Positions 1 to 7,328 of a stretch of 64,000 nt of DNA are shown piece after piece (within the stretch, counting starts at the first letter, position 1; every line of letters starts with the position of its first letter). This DNA is from a virus. The translations under genes and the position numbers were made by a program. The DNA is taken from IMG/VR virus record IMGVR_UViG_3300027749_000046; one strand, 5' to 3'. The notes under the pieces are model-generated. The model was given only the letters and a program-made list of their open reading frames with translations, made no database searches and was not told the DNA's origin.

Positions 1-73
1 TATCTTCATTCGCTAGACACGACTATGGGGTCGAACAGTCACCCATTCGACCCCACCAACCAACGCGACCAAC

Positions 74-487
74 TCACTCCTCGTTGTAGTCTGTATCACC
101 AGTATGGATGTATAAGTCACCAAACGATATCGTACCACCAGTCTTTGATGTATTGAAGTTCGGCATCTCGATGACGTGCCCACCCATAAACTCTCCGACT
201 TTTATGCTGTCATATACTTTGACACACCCTAGAGTACCTGAGTCGACTGGGAACTGTCTATCACCGTTTGAGTCGTAGCAGCCATCCCCATAAGCCGTAC
301 GCCATATGGCAAACTTACGACCGTCAGGCAGCTCAAACGCCCCCTCCTTGACGTCTCCACCGTCCATAAAAACCCAATCCTCGCATATAGTCATGGCGCA
401 GACCTCGTCCCACTCCTCAGAAGTAAAGTAGTAGCACAGGTCGCCGATGTAGTACTTACCGGCCTTGAACTCATTATTCAACATCAT
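74..487 (-). CDS. hypothetical phage protein
   Basis: 137 aa ORF with YYIGDLCY/TAYGDG/FPVDSG blocks, GAGG RBS upstream, coupled to 474..737. Confidence 0.75.
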   Translation of the reverse strand: MMLNNEFKAGKYYIGDLCYYFTSEEWDEVCAMTICEDWVFMDGGDVKEGAFELPDGRKFAIWRTAYGDGCYDSNGDRQFPVDSGTLGCVKVYDSIKVGEFMGGHVIEMPNFNTSKTGGTISFGDLYIHTGDTDYNEE

Positions 488-737
488 CTTCCTCCTCTAC
501 GTGAACTTTGTTTGGCTCCTCCCACTCGATGGGTTGGAGCTGTTCGGCTATCTGAAACGTATAGTCTCTACGTCCAGAATCACTCATCATCCTAGCAACT
601 TTAGATCCAAAGTATAGGGCCGCTTTTTGGGTGGTGAACACCTTCGGGTTGCCCTCCATAGAGAGTAAAGTATAGGACGATAGGTCGACCTCGTGGATAG
701 TCAGTATGAACATCACTCGCCTCCTGTGCTGGTCCAT
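474..737 (-). CDS. hypothetical protein, possibly leaderless
   Basis: 87 aa ORF; ATG lies 6 nt after a TTTACT-N17-TATTAT promoter. Confidence 0.65.
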   Translation of the reverse strand: MDQHRRRVMFILTIHEVDLSSYTLLSMEGNPKVFTTQKAALYFGSKVARMMSDSGRRDYTFQIAEQLQPIEWEEPNKVHVEEEDDVE

Positions 738-743
738 ATTATT

Positions 744-826
744 ATAATATATTATATGGAATCCAAAGTAAACATATATTTTAATAAAAAATAACAGTTT
801 ACAAGAGAATACTCATGATATATTAT
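744..826. promoter_or_regulatory. divergent sigma70-type early promoters
   Basis: AT-rich gap; + strand TTTACA(798-803)-N17-TATTAT(821-826); - strand TTTACT-N17-TATTAT. Confidence 0.6.
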
Positions 827-852
827 TATATTGTCAAATGAGGAGTTGCTAC

Positions 853-1065
853 ATGAACAGTAACAAGATTAGAGAAGAACTTTCTTACTGGCGAGCCAAG
901 TACGACGAGTACATCGATGCAGACCACCACGTACTGGCCGTCTGCGCCATGGAGATGCTCATCAAGTACAAGCGCCAGCTAGACATCGCGATCATATGTG
1001 AGCTAGATCCATACACGACAGAAGCAGATGTTCGCTACTTTGAGGATTGGAGAGAGTATGCCTAA
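853..1065 (+). CDS. small early helical protein (paralog A), C-terminal DPYTTEADVRYFE
   Basis: AGGAG RBS at 841, ATG 853; shares a 13-aa motif with 1995..2210. Confidence 0.75.
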   Translation: MNSNKIREELSYWRAKYDEYIDADHHVLAVCAMEMLIKYKRQLDIAIICELDPYTTEADVRYFEDWREYA

Positions 1066-1264
1066 AGAAAAGAAGATCGGCGTAGAGTTCATCAAGCGAG
1101 TCGCCAACGAAGTTTTGTCGTCACCGCGAACAAACGCGTCAGAGAGGTCCATAGTGTGTGACCTAGTAGAGTCGGTACTCTTTGAGGCCAAGGCCTACAA
1201 GGGATATATGTACCTCGAGTGGAACGACGCCGAGACCGATCAGACTCGTCGTTTATATTATTAA
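1058..1264 (+). CDS. hypothetical protein
   Basis: GGAGAG RBS then ATG 1058 overlapping the upstream gene. Confidence 0.7.
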   Translation: MPKEKKIGVEFIKRVANEVLSSPRTNASERSIVCDLVESVLFEAKAYKGYMYLEWNDAETDQTRRLYY

Positions 1265-1270
1265 AACGAT

Positions 1271-1301
1271 AGTTGACAGGGGTCAACTCATGTCATATTA
1301 T
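1271..1301 (+). promoter_or_regulatory. early promoter with palindrome over the -35 box
   Basis: TTGACA(1273-1278)-N17-TATTAT; AGTTGAC-aggg-GTCAACT inverted repeat 1271-1288. Confidence 0.7.
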
Positions 1302-1329
1302 ATTATCGTAACAAGGAGAGGATCTACCA

Positions 1330-1533
1330 ATGCATACGTATCAAGTCATATCAGTGGCTCAGAGACTCGAGGCGATAGTGGGTGACGGGCTCAGGTATAA
1401 GCTCAGTCGGGAAGAGCTCGAGGCCGAGATCGTCGAGTTCGCCACGTCACTTAGACACTACGCGCAGAGACTAGAAGAGATCGAGGTCGCCTCTCAGGCG
1501 ATACTACAGAGGGAGATGCACCATGTCAACTAG
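1330..1533 (+). CDS. small early helical protein (paralog B)
   Basis: GAGG RBS; aligns by eye with 2448..2633. Confidence 0.75.
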   Translation: MHTYQVISVAQRLEAIVGDGLRYKLSREELEAEIVEFATSLRHYAQRLEEIEVASQAILQREMHHVN

Positions 1534-1942
1534 GTCAATGATAGCCACGCTTAACCAAGATAGCTCCGTCAAGGCCATCTACTGTCACTTCGACGGGTAC
1601 GTCGAGGGTGTCGGCATAACGCTCCTCAGCCACTGGAACACACTCGAGAAGGTCCAGTCCCTGATGGAGCTCGGTGACCTCTCGTCCCTAGGTTCCGAGA
1701 TAGGTCAGAAGCAGGACTTCAACCTGCCGACCGACAAGACTTGGTGTCTGGCCTACGGTCGCGACCGAGGTGAGACCGACGTCGGCTCTCGAGACTTCCA
1801 CTCCCTCCACTATGCCGAGGGTAACTACGGGGACGTCGACTACCTCTACGTGTTCGACGGTACTCACTGGTCGTTCAAGCGCAGGGGAGCCAAGGAGTAC
1901 ACCGACCTCGGTCAGTACGCTCTCGAGGAACTATTCGGTTGA
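1523..1942 (+). CDS. conserved phage early hypothetical protein (MSTRS...IYCHxDGY family)
   Basis: 139 aa ORF, GGAG RBS, motif typical of phage early genes. Confidence 0.8.
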   Translation: MSTRSMIATLNQDSSVKAIYCHFDGYVEGVGITLLSHWNTLEKVQSLMELGDLSSLGSEIGQKQDFNLPTDKTWCLAYGRDRGETDVGSRDFHSLHYAEGNYGDVDYLYVFDGTHWSFKRRGAKEYTDLGQYALEELFG

Positions 1943-1967
1943 CATTTAATCCGAACTGTGGTACTAT
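1939..1967 (+). promoter_or_regulatory. early promoter, class TTGACATTTAAT
   Basis: TTGACA-N17-TACTAT with extended -10 TG. Confidence 0.85.
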
Positions 1968-1994
1968 CTTATTATGATGATGAAAGGACAACAG

Positions 1995-2210
1995 ATGAGC
2001 AGATACTCAGACCTCACGGTGGACCAGCTCCGCAAAGCCCTCGACCACATGGAGCTCAACTACGGGGTGGCCATGGACGCCGAGTCGTACGGGCTGGCCG
2101 ACGCATTCCTCGCCAAGATCGACGGCCTCACGGAGGCTCTCTCGGCTCGTCTCCAAGCTGACGATCCCTACACGACCGAGGCCGACGTCCGGTACTTCGA
2201 GGGCATCTGA
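1995..2210 (+). CDS. small early helical protein (paralog A'), UVR-motif-like, C-terminal DPYTTEADVRYFE
   Basis: AAGGA RBS, ATG 1995; L..M..A...ESY.LA..F...I..L pattern. Confidence 0.75.
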   Translation: MSRYSDLTVDQLRKALDHMELNYGVAMDAESYGLADAFLAKIDGLTEALSARLQADDPYTTEADVRYFEGI

Positions 2211-2211
2211 C

Positions 2212-2364
2212 ATGTCCAACAGAGTCTCCTTCACCGGTAAGTCGTGGAACCACCTGAACAAGATGATCCGCCGGTACTCCGTTCTGGGGTACCGAGTGGT
2301 GTACCAGCATCGACATCCGGACGGTGGTACCACCATCGCAATGGAAAAGAGCCATGCTTCTTGA
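2212..2364 (+). CDS. 50 aa hypothetical protein (not in ORF track)
   Basis: GAGG RBS, MSNRVSFTGKSWNHLNKMIRRYSVLGYRVV...; fills the gap exactly. Confidence 0.6.
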   Translation: MSNRVSFTGKSWNHLNKMIRRYSVLGYRVVYQHRHPDGGTTIAMEKSHAS

Positions 2365-2389
2365 TCATACCTGCCATGCCGCTGGCCTA

Positions 2390-2417
2390 TTGACATTTAA
2401 TCCACTTGTGATATAAT
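2390..2417 (+). promoter_or_regulatory. early promoter
   Basis: TTGACATTTAAT...TGATATAAT, 16 nt spacer. Confidence 0.85.
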
Positions 2418-2447
2418 CTTAATATGATCAAAACTAAGGGATACACC

Positions 2448-2633
2448 ATGACAGTCAATGAGTCAGTAGATATCGCCGAGCGTCTCGAGTCGCTCATTCG
2501 TCGCTCGCGTAAGTACTTCTACGACGTCGAGGATCTTCAGTACGAGATCCGAAAGATCGCCAGCGAGTACCGCGAGCTCGCGAACGAGCTCGACTCTGCC
2601 ATGGAAGCTGAGCTGATGGAGGTCGCCGCGTAA
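2448..2633 (+). CDS. small early helical protein (paralog B')
   Basis: AAGGGA RBS, ATG 2448; similar to 1330..1533. Confidence 0.75.
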   Translation: MTVNESVDIAERLESLIRRSRKYFYDVEDLQYEIRKIASEYRELANELDSAMEAELMEVAA

Positions 2634-2639
2634 TACCTG

Positions 2640-2667
2640 TTGACATTTAATCTTCTTATGATATAAT
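2640..2667 (+). promoter_or_regulatory. early promoter
   Basis: TTGACATTTAAT...TGATATAAT, near-copy of 2390-2440 including ATATGATCAAAAC leader. Confidence 0.85.
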
Positions 2668-2697
2668 AACTATATGATCAAAACAAAGGAAAATTCA

Positions 2698-3561
2698 ATG
2701 CCACGTGGTGTTCCAAAAGCCGGCTTCCGTGCCGCTCGCTCTTCTTCCCCAGCCAAGGCCTTCGACGTAGTCCAGCTCAAGCCGGCTACTCAGACCGAGA
2801 CCGACATGCAGATCTGGTCGCGTATTGCCGACCGGTTCGACGTGCTGTCGACCTTCACCGAGGCCTGTGCCATGGGCTCATGCCGGTCCATGATCGTGTC
2901 CGGTCCAGCTGGTCTCGGCAAGTCCCACACCGTCGAGGAGACACTCCTCAGGCTCGACCCGACCGGTGACAACCACACGTTCGTCAAGGGTTTCGTCCGT
3001 GCCACCGGCCTGTACAAGCTCCTGTTCCAGCACTCGTCTCCAGGTCAGGTCTTGGTACTCGACGACGCCGACTCGGTGTTCTTTGACGATGTATCCCTGA
3101 ACCTCCTCAAGGCCGTGTGCGACACCACCGGCGTCCGTCGAGTCGGCTGGCGTGCTGAGGGTTCCCTTATCGACGACGATACCGGTGAGCGCATGCCTCG
3201 GTCGTTCGACTTCAAGGGCACCGTGGTGTTCATCACCAACCTCGACTTCGACGCCCTCATCGATCGCGGTCACAAGCTGGCTCCTCACCTTCAGGCTCTG
3301 GTCTCTCGGTCGCACTACATCGATCTGGCCATGAAGACCAAGCGCGACTACATGGTTCGCATCCGTCAGGTCGTCGAGGCAGGTCTCCTGTCTGGTCTCA
3401 CTCCACTCGAGAAAGCCGACGTCATGTCGTTCATCGAGACCGAGCAGAACACCCTCCGCGAGCTCTCGCTCCGCATGGTGATCAAGGTCGCCGACGTCCG
3501 CAAGATGGGTGCGGCTAACTTCCGCAAGGTCGCCAAGGTCACTTGTTGTAAGAATGGATAA
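2698..3561 (+). CDS. AAA+/P-loop ATPase
   Basis: Walker A GPAGLGKS, Walker B VLVLDDAD, sensor FITN; AAGGA RBS before ATG 2698. Confidence 0.85.
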   Translation: MPRGVPKAGFRAARSSSPAKAFDVVQLKPATQTETDMQIWSRIADRFDVLSTFTEACAMGSCRSMIVSGPAGLGKSHTVEETLLRLDPTGDNHTFVKGFVRATGLYKLLFQHSSPGQVLVLDDADSVFFDDVSLNLLKAVCDTTGVRRVGWRAEGSLIDDDTGERMPRSFDFKGTVVFITNLDFDALIDRGHKLAPHLQALVSRSHYIDLAMKTKRDYMVRIRQVVEAGLLSGLTPLEKADVMSFIETEQNTLRELSLRMVIKVADVRKMGAANFRKVAKVTCCKNG

Positions 3562-3598
3562 ATAAGGGACAGTTGGCTCTCTTATAAGAGGTGATAAG

Positions 3599-3871
3599 AT
3601 GAAGAAGTTTTTATTGGTTACAACTCTGGTCTCAGGACTGGTCCTACCGCAGGTAGCTCATGCCGGCGGTGAGTGGATAGGTCCACTCGTAGGTGGTATC
3701 TTTGCTGGTGCCATCTTGAATGAGATGGGTCATGATCACAGGTATGACAACAGGTACGATCGTAGGTACTACTATCCCCAGTATCCACAGCGCGTGTGTC
3801 AGCGCATAGACGTCTACGATAGGTACGGCAACTACGTCGGCCAGCAGGTAGTCTGTCGGGACGTGGACTAA
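3599..3871 (+). CDS. exported small protein (signal peptide, Gly-rich helix, Tyr/Arg-rich tail, Cys pair)
   Basis: MKK-hydrophobic-AHA signal peptide; architecture like alphaproteobacterial BA14K-type small proteins. Confidence 0.7.
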   Translation: MKKFLLVTTLVSGLVLPQVAHAGGEWIGPLVGGIFAGAILNEMGHDHRYDNRYDRRYYYPQYPQRVCQRIDVYDRYGNYVGQQVVCRDVD

Positions 3872-3879
3872 GAGCTGAC

Positions 3880-4623
3880 GTGGAGATACAGTTGATCAAG
3901 TACAAGGCGGTGTTCATATCCGACGTTCACCTCGGTACTCGCATGAGTCGTCCTGACTTACTCCTCGAGTTCATGAGGACGTTCGAGTGCGAAGAGCTGT
4001 ACTTGGTCGGCGACATCATCGACGGCTGGGCTATGTCTAGGTCCTTCTTCTGGCCGCAGGATCACAACGACGTGGTGCAGAAGATACTCAGGAGAGCCCG
4101 TAAGAACACACACGTTACCTTCATTCCGGGTAATCACGATGAGTTCCTAAGGTCGTTCTGCGATAATCAGTTCGGTAATGTCTCGCTGCTCAAGAGCGAC
4201 ATCTACGTGTCGGTCACAGGTAAGAGATATATAGTCATGCACGGCGACGAGTTCGACTCGGTCATCACGAACGCCAAGTGGCTGAGTCATCTCGGCAGCT
4301 GGGGCTACGACATGACGATCGTGTTCAACATCTGGTTGTCTAAGATAAGAGGCATGCTTGGTCTTCCATACTGGTCTCTCAGCGCGTACCTCAAGTACAA
4401 GGTTAAGAAAGCAGTAAACTTCATAAGTGGATACGAGGAGAATCTATCTTCATATGCGAAGACTAAAGCTGCTGATGGGGTCATATGTGGTCATATTCAT
4501 CATCCAAACATTCGTAAGATTGGTGAGATTGACTACATGAACTGCGGTGACTGGGTCGAGAGCTGCACGGCTCTGGTCGAGCACTTGGACGGTACGTGGG
4601 AGATAATAGACTACAAGAGATAA
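3880..4623 (+). CDS. LpxH-like (UDP-2,3-diacylglucosamine diphosphatase family) metallophosphoesterase
   Basis: DVHLG, GDIIDGW, GNHD, HGD, GHIH, NCGDWVES motifs. Confidence 0.85.
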   Translation: MEIQLIKYKAVFISDVHLGTRMSRPDLLLEFMRTFECEELYLVGDIIDGWAMSRSFFWPQDHNDVVQKILRRARKNTHVTFIPGNHDEFLRSFCDNQFGNVSLLKSDIYVSVTGKRYIVMHGDEFDSVITNAKWLSHLGSWGYDMTIVFNIWLSKIRGMLGLPYWSLSAYLKYKVKKAVNFISGYEENLSSYAKTKAADGVICGHIHHPNIRKIGEIDYMNCGDWVESCTALVEHLDGTWEIIDYKR

Positions 4624-4624
4624 T

Positions 4625-4714
4625 GGAAGGGTGGCCGAGTGGTTTAAGGCTCTAGTCTTGAAAACTAGCGTAGGTGAAAGCTTACCGTGAGTTCGAATCT
4701 CACCCCTTCCGCCA
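4625..4714 (+). tRNA. tRNA-Ser(TGA)
   Basis: cloverleaf, long variable arm, CT-TGA-AA loop, encoded CCA. Confidence 0.95.
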
Positions 4715-4716
4715 TT

Positions 4717-4793
4717 GGTCACGTAGCTCAGCTGTATAGAGCATCGGTTTCCTAAACCGAGGGTCACAGGTTAGAGTCCTGTCGTGATCGCCA
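4717..4793 (+). tRNA. tRNA-Arg(CCT) with U19-A56 elbow
   Basis: cloverleaf, TT-CCT-AA loop, D-loop AGCTGTATA, T-loop TTAGAGT, CCA. Confidence 0.9.
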
Positions 4794-4809
4794 ATAAGAG
4801 GAGAGAGCA

Positions 4810-5013
4810 GTGGAAGAACTAAATCAGTTCGTCGGTAAGGAACTATCGTCTGTTAACGAACAGATAACAGATATCGCAAGCAAGAGTGGACTCACAGTCC
4901 AGCCTTGGCCTAAGGGCGTTGGCATTGTAGCCGGAGAACCTAAGACTCTTCTCGTGGTTGTCAACAACACGGAAGAGAATATCATAGATCAGTTTATCGC
5001 GTACGAACCATGA
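4810..5013 (+). CDS. small paralog 1, potato-I/I78 protease-inhibitor-like pattern
   Basis: GTG start with GGAG RBS; L..FVGK...I...A...GL.V.PWP.G...P..LLVVVNN...II..F. Confidence 0.7.
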   Translation: MEELNQFVGKELSSVNEQITDIASKSGLTVQPWPKGVGIVAGEPKTLLVVVNNTEENIIDQFIAYEP

Positions 5014-5024
5014 TGGGAAGCAAT

Positions 5025-5231
5025 ATGAGAGATCTAGAAAAGTACGTGGGCAGGCGCTACTCGGAAGTTAACGAGGAGATCAAGTCATACGCTGAAGCCA
5101 ATGGGCTCACGGCCTTCCCATGGCCTGACGGCATCGGCGGTGCTGGCGCAGACCCTGAGTCTCTCATCGTCATCATAAATAACGATATCGATCAGATCAT
5201 CGTTAGATTCAAGCACTTTGTAGAGGAATAG
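5025..5231 (+). CDS. small paralog 2
   Basis: aligns over full length with paralog 1; start could be 5010-5025. Confidence 0.7.
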   Translation: MRDLEKYVGRRYSEVNEEIKSYAEANGLTAFPWPDGIGGAGADPESLIVIINNDIDQIIVRFKHFVEE

Positions 5232-5234
5232 TAG

Positions 5235-5438
5235 ATGGAAGATCTTAGTTCTTACGTAGGTAAAGTCTTAACATATATAGTTCTAGAAGAAATTAGCTCG
5301 AAGGCTTCTGCTTCTGGATTTAGAGCAGACGTATGCGCTAGAGATATGGAAGTCAATGATCCGGACCCAGAGGTCATCATCGTCTTTGTGGACAATATCG
5401 ATGATATGATCATCACAAAGTTCTACATACCAAGTTAA
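5235..5438 (+). CDS. small paralog 3
   Basis: GAGG RBS; DL..YVGK...DPEVIIVFVDN...MIITKF. Confidence 0.7.
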   Translation: MEDLSSYVGKVLTYIVLEEISSKASASGFRADVCARDMEVNDPDPEVIIVFVDNIDDMIITKFYIPS

Positions 5439-5513
5439 GGCCGGTTAGCTCAGCGGTAGAGCACCTCGCTTACACCGAGGCTGTCGGCGGTTCGAGACCG
5501 TCACCGGCTACCA
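5439..5513 (+). tRNA. tRNA-Val(TAC)
   Basis: cloverleaf, CT-TAC-AC loop, CCA. Confidence 0.95.
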
Positions 5514-5521
5514 TTTTTCAG

Positions 5522-5550
5522 TTGACATTAATTCCAGACTGTGGTATATT
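5522..5550 (+). promoter_or_regulatory. early promoter
   Basis: TTGACA-N17-TATATT with TG extension. Confidence 0.8.
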
Positions 5551-5573
5551 ATATACATAATGGAGATTTGGCA

Positions 5574-5981
5574 ATGAGCATGCACCTAGCACCAGTTTAC
5601 TTTACCACGACGCGTTCAGGCCAGAAGAGTAAGGCATCAAAGAGCAAGAAGCTCGCCGACGCTACGGCCAAGCACGAGCAGTGGCTCAAGGCCAGAGGCC
5701 TGCATCCTAATCAGAGAGACCTGCAGAGAGCGTTCAAGGGTAGGTACGTCGAGGCACTACCCGACCTCAGCGTCGAGTCGCTCTATGAGCTCTCTAATGG
5801 CATAGGAAATGGATATAAGAATGGTATCATGGAGAATCTCCGCAGGGAGAAGCCAGAGGTTCAAAGAGAAATCCTTGAGAAAGCTCAGCGCACTACAGTC
5901 GCCTACAACAAGGGACCAACTATGTACTTCAGTCCCGAGTCAGACAAGACCAACCTTGGTTCAGGTTCACGGAGAGGATAA
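5574..5981 (+). CDS. conserved T4-like hypothetical protein (AYNKG motif)
   Basis: GGAG RBS, ATG 5574; basic N-terminus, C-terminal VAYNKG. Confidence 0.75.
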   Translation: MSMHLAPVYFTTTRSGQKSKASKSKKLADATAKHEQWLKARGLHPNQRDLQRAFKGRYVEALPDLSVESLYELSNGIGNGYKNGIMENLRREKPEVQREILEKAQRTTVAYNKGPTMYFSPESDKTNLGSGSRRG

Positions 5982-5982
5982 T

Positions 5983-6195
5983 ATGTACGAGAAAGTAGCG
6001 AGTACCTACGCATCAGAAGACGGTAGCCTAGAAGCTCAAGTCATCGAGGTAATTAAGATCGAGAAAGCTTACGAGGTACGCATGTATCGCGATGGTAAGC
6101 TGGTAGATAAGCGTTACTCTTCTGGTAAGAGTGAGCTCTACCATGAGAACATCGCTGAGAACTACGTCACCGGAGTCTTGAGTCTGGAGAGCTGA
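5983..6195 (+). CDS. hypothetical protein
   Basis: GAGG RBS, ATG 5983 (MYEKVAS...). Confidence 0.7.
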   Translation: MYEKVASTYASEDGSLEAQVIEVIKIEKAYEVRMYRDGKLVDKRYSSGKSELYHENIAENYVTGVLSLES

Positions 6196-6196
6196 G

Positions 6197-6373
6197 ATGG
6201 AGTTCATCGACATTCAGACTCGAGACCCAATGGGTGTGTGGAGAGTCTACGACACGACAATCAATGAGTCTCAGATAATCAGGGCGCGCATGCACGAGCT
6301 CAAGGACAGGTACCCTACCTTTCAGGTACGAGCTGTAGATAAAGACGGCAAGATAGTCGATTTCTTGGGTTGA
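6197..6373 (+). CDS. 58 aa hypothetical protein (not in ORF track)
   Basis: GGAG RBS; MEFIDIQTRD...QVRAVDKDGKIVDFLG; stop lies inside the next -35 box. Confidence 0.7.
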   Translation: MEFIDIQTRDPMGVWRVYDTTINESQIIRARMHELKDRYPTFQVRAVDKDGKIVDFLG

Positions 6374-6434
6374 CATTTAATCTAACTCATGATACTATCT
6401 TAATATAATCTGAATAACGCTGTTTGGCATTGCT
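6370..6434 (+). promoter_or_regulatory. early promoter plus boxA-like element heading the RNA cluster
   Basis: TTGACA(6370)-N17-TACTAT(6393); GCTGTTTGGCATTG at 6419-6432. Confidence 0.75.
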
Positions 6435-6443
6435 AAAGAGAAA

Positions 6444-6595
6444 AGACAACTTCGGTTGTCTCTTCATGGATACATCAGAGCCCGAAGTGTGTGCACAATA
6501 ATAAACACAGAGGTAGGTCCACCAAAGAATACAGCTATTTCGAATGTCGCTGGTGAGGTGTAGGCTAGACAGCTGGTGTATCCTTGAAGAGACAA
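6444..6595 (+). ncRNA. structured ncRNA candidate 1
   Basis: 23-position stem 6456-6478/6573-6595 with one U-U and one G-U; competing UUCG hairpin 6444-6461. Confidence 0.6.
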
Positions 6596-6694
6596 TTGTG
6601 ATGGCGGAAAAGCCGCTGACTATATTAAAAAATGGCTTGGATATAATGATAAATCCAAACCAGTTCCTTCTTCTTAAACTTTACAAATAATTAT

Positions 6695-6771
6695 TCCTGG
6701 ACGGTCACAAGGTGGGACAGCAGACTGTTAATCTGTTCATCAGGTAGGTTCGATTCCTACTCCAGGAGCCA
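6695..6771 (+). tRNA. tRNA-Asn(GTT), atypical D-arm
   Basis: TCCTGGA/TCCAGGA acceptor, CT-GTT-AA loop, TTCGATT T-loop, CCA. Confidence 0.9.
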
Positions 6772-6779
6772 ACCATTAA

Positions 6780-6880
6780 AGGCAGACCCACAGATAGCTG
6801 CCTCCGCCATACGCGAAAAGTGGGATGGGCTGCGTATGCGGGGTTTGGTAGTTTTCCTGACACAAGAAAAACTATCACCA
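6780..6880 (+). ncRNA. structured ncRNA candidate 2 (kissing-loop/pseudoknot)
   Basis: three hairpins; loop CCCAC(6787-6791) complementary to loop GTGGG(6820-6824). Confidence 0.5.
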
Positions 6881-6881
6881 G

Positions 6882-7328
6882 TTAATCGTTGGTTTGATGT
6901 TTCATAATAAGTATTGGCTTATCTGCAGAAGGCACTGCATTTTTAGCTCTATTGATATCACCTTGCCAATAATCTTTTACTTGTTGTGAAACAAATCCAT
7001 TTGTAGAAATTTTTTGTGTCGGAACTGTTTTAGAGTGATCTATTGCGTGTTGAACACTATATCTTTGTTTGCCATCACCAAAAGTGCTTCCTGTAAAATA
7101 ATCACCTTTTTTTCTAGCAGCTGTAGCTATTTTATCATGATCATCTGCTTCTTTTTTTGATAAAGGTTTTAAGTTATTTTGATCAATTATTTTAGCATGA
7201 ATTTGGTTATTATTATTCATAATAGCATTTTTACTTCTATTTAATCCATCAATAATGCTATGAGTATCTCCACTTAATTTAGAATTAATATCTAAATCTT
7301 CATTTATGAATTGTAAAAATGTTTTCAT
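6882..7328 (-). CDS. putative internal head protein with capsid-targeting-like leader
   Basis: MKTFLQFINE resembles the T4 IP leader MKTYQEFIAE; AAGGA RBS; late promoter TATAAATA 7363-7370; very AT-rich. Confidence 0.7.
   Translation of the reverse strand: MKTFLQFINEDLDINSKLSGDTHSIIDGLNRSKNAIMNNNNQIHAKIIDQNNLKPLSKKEADDHDKIATAARKKGDYFTGSTFGDGKQRYSVQHAIDHSKTVPTQKISTNGFVSQQVKDYWQGDINRAKNAVPSADKPILIMKHQTND

Noticed and set aside
26-55. 10-bp inverted repeat TGGGGTCGAA/TTCGACCCCA
   Set aside because: Real hairpin but no U tract and context cut by the window edge; not a tRNA
6601-6690. 29-codon ORF MAEKPLTILK... between ncRNA 1 and tRNA-Asn
   Set aside because: Weak RBS, short, AT-rich; an alternative open frame has no start; not supportable
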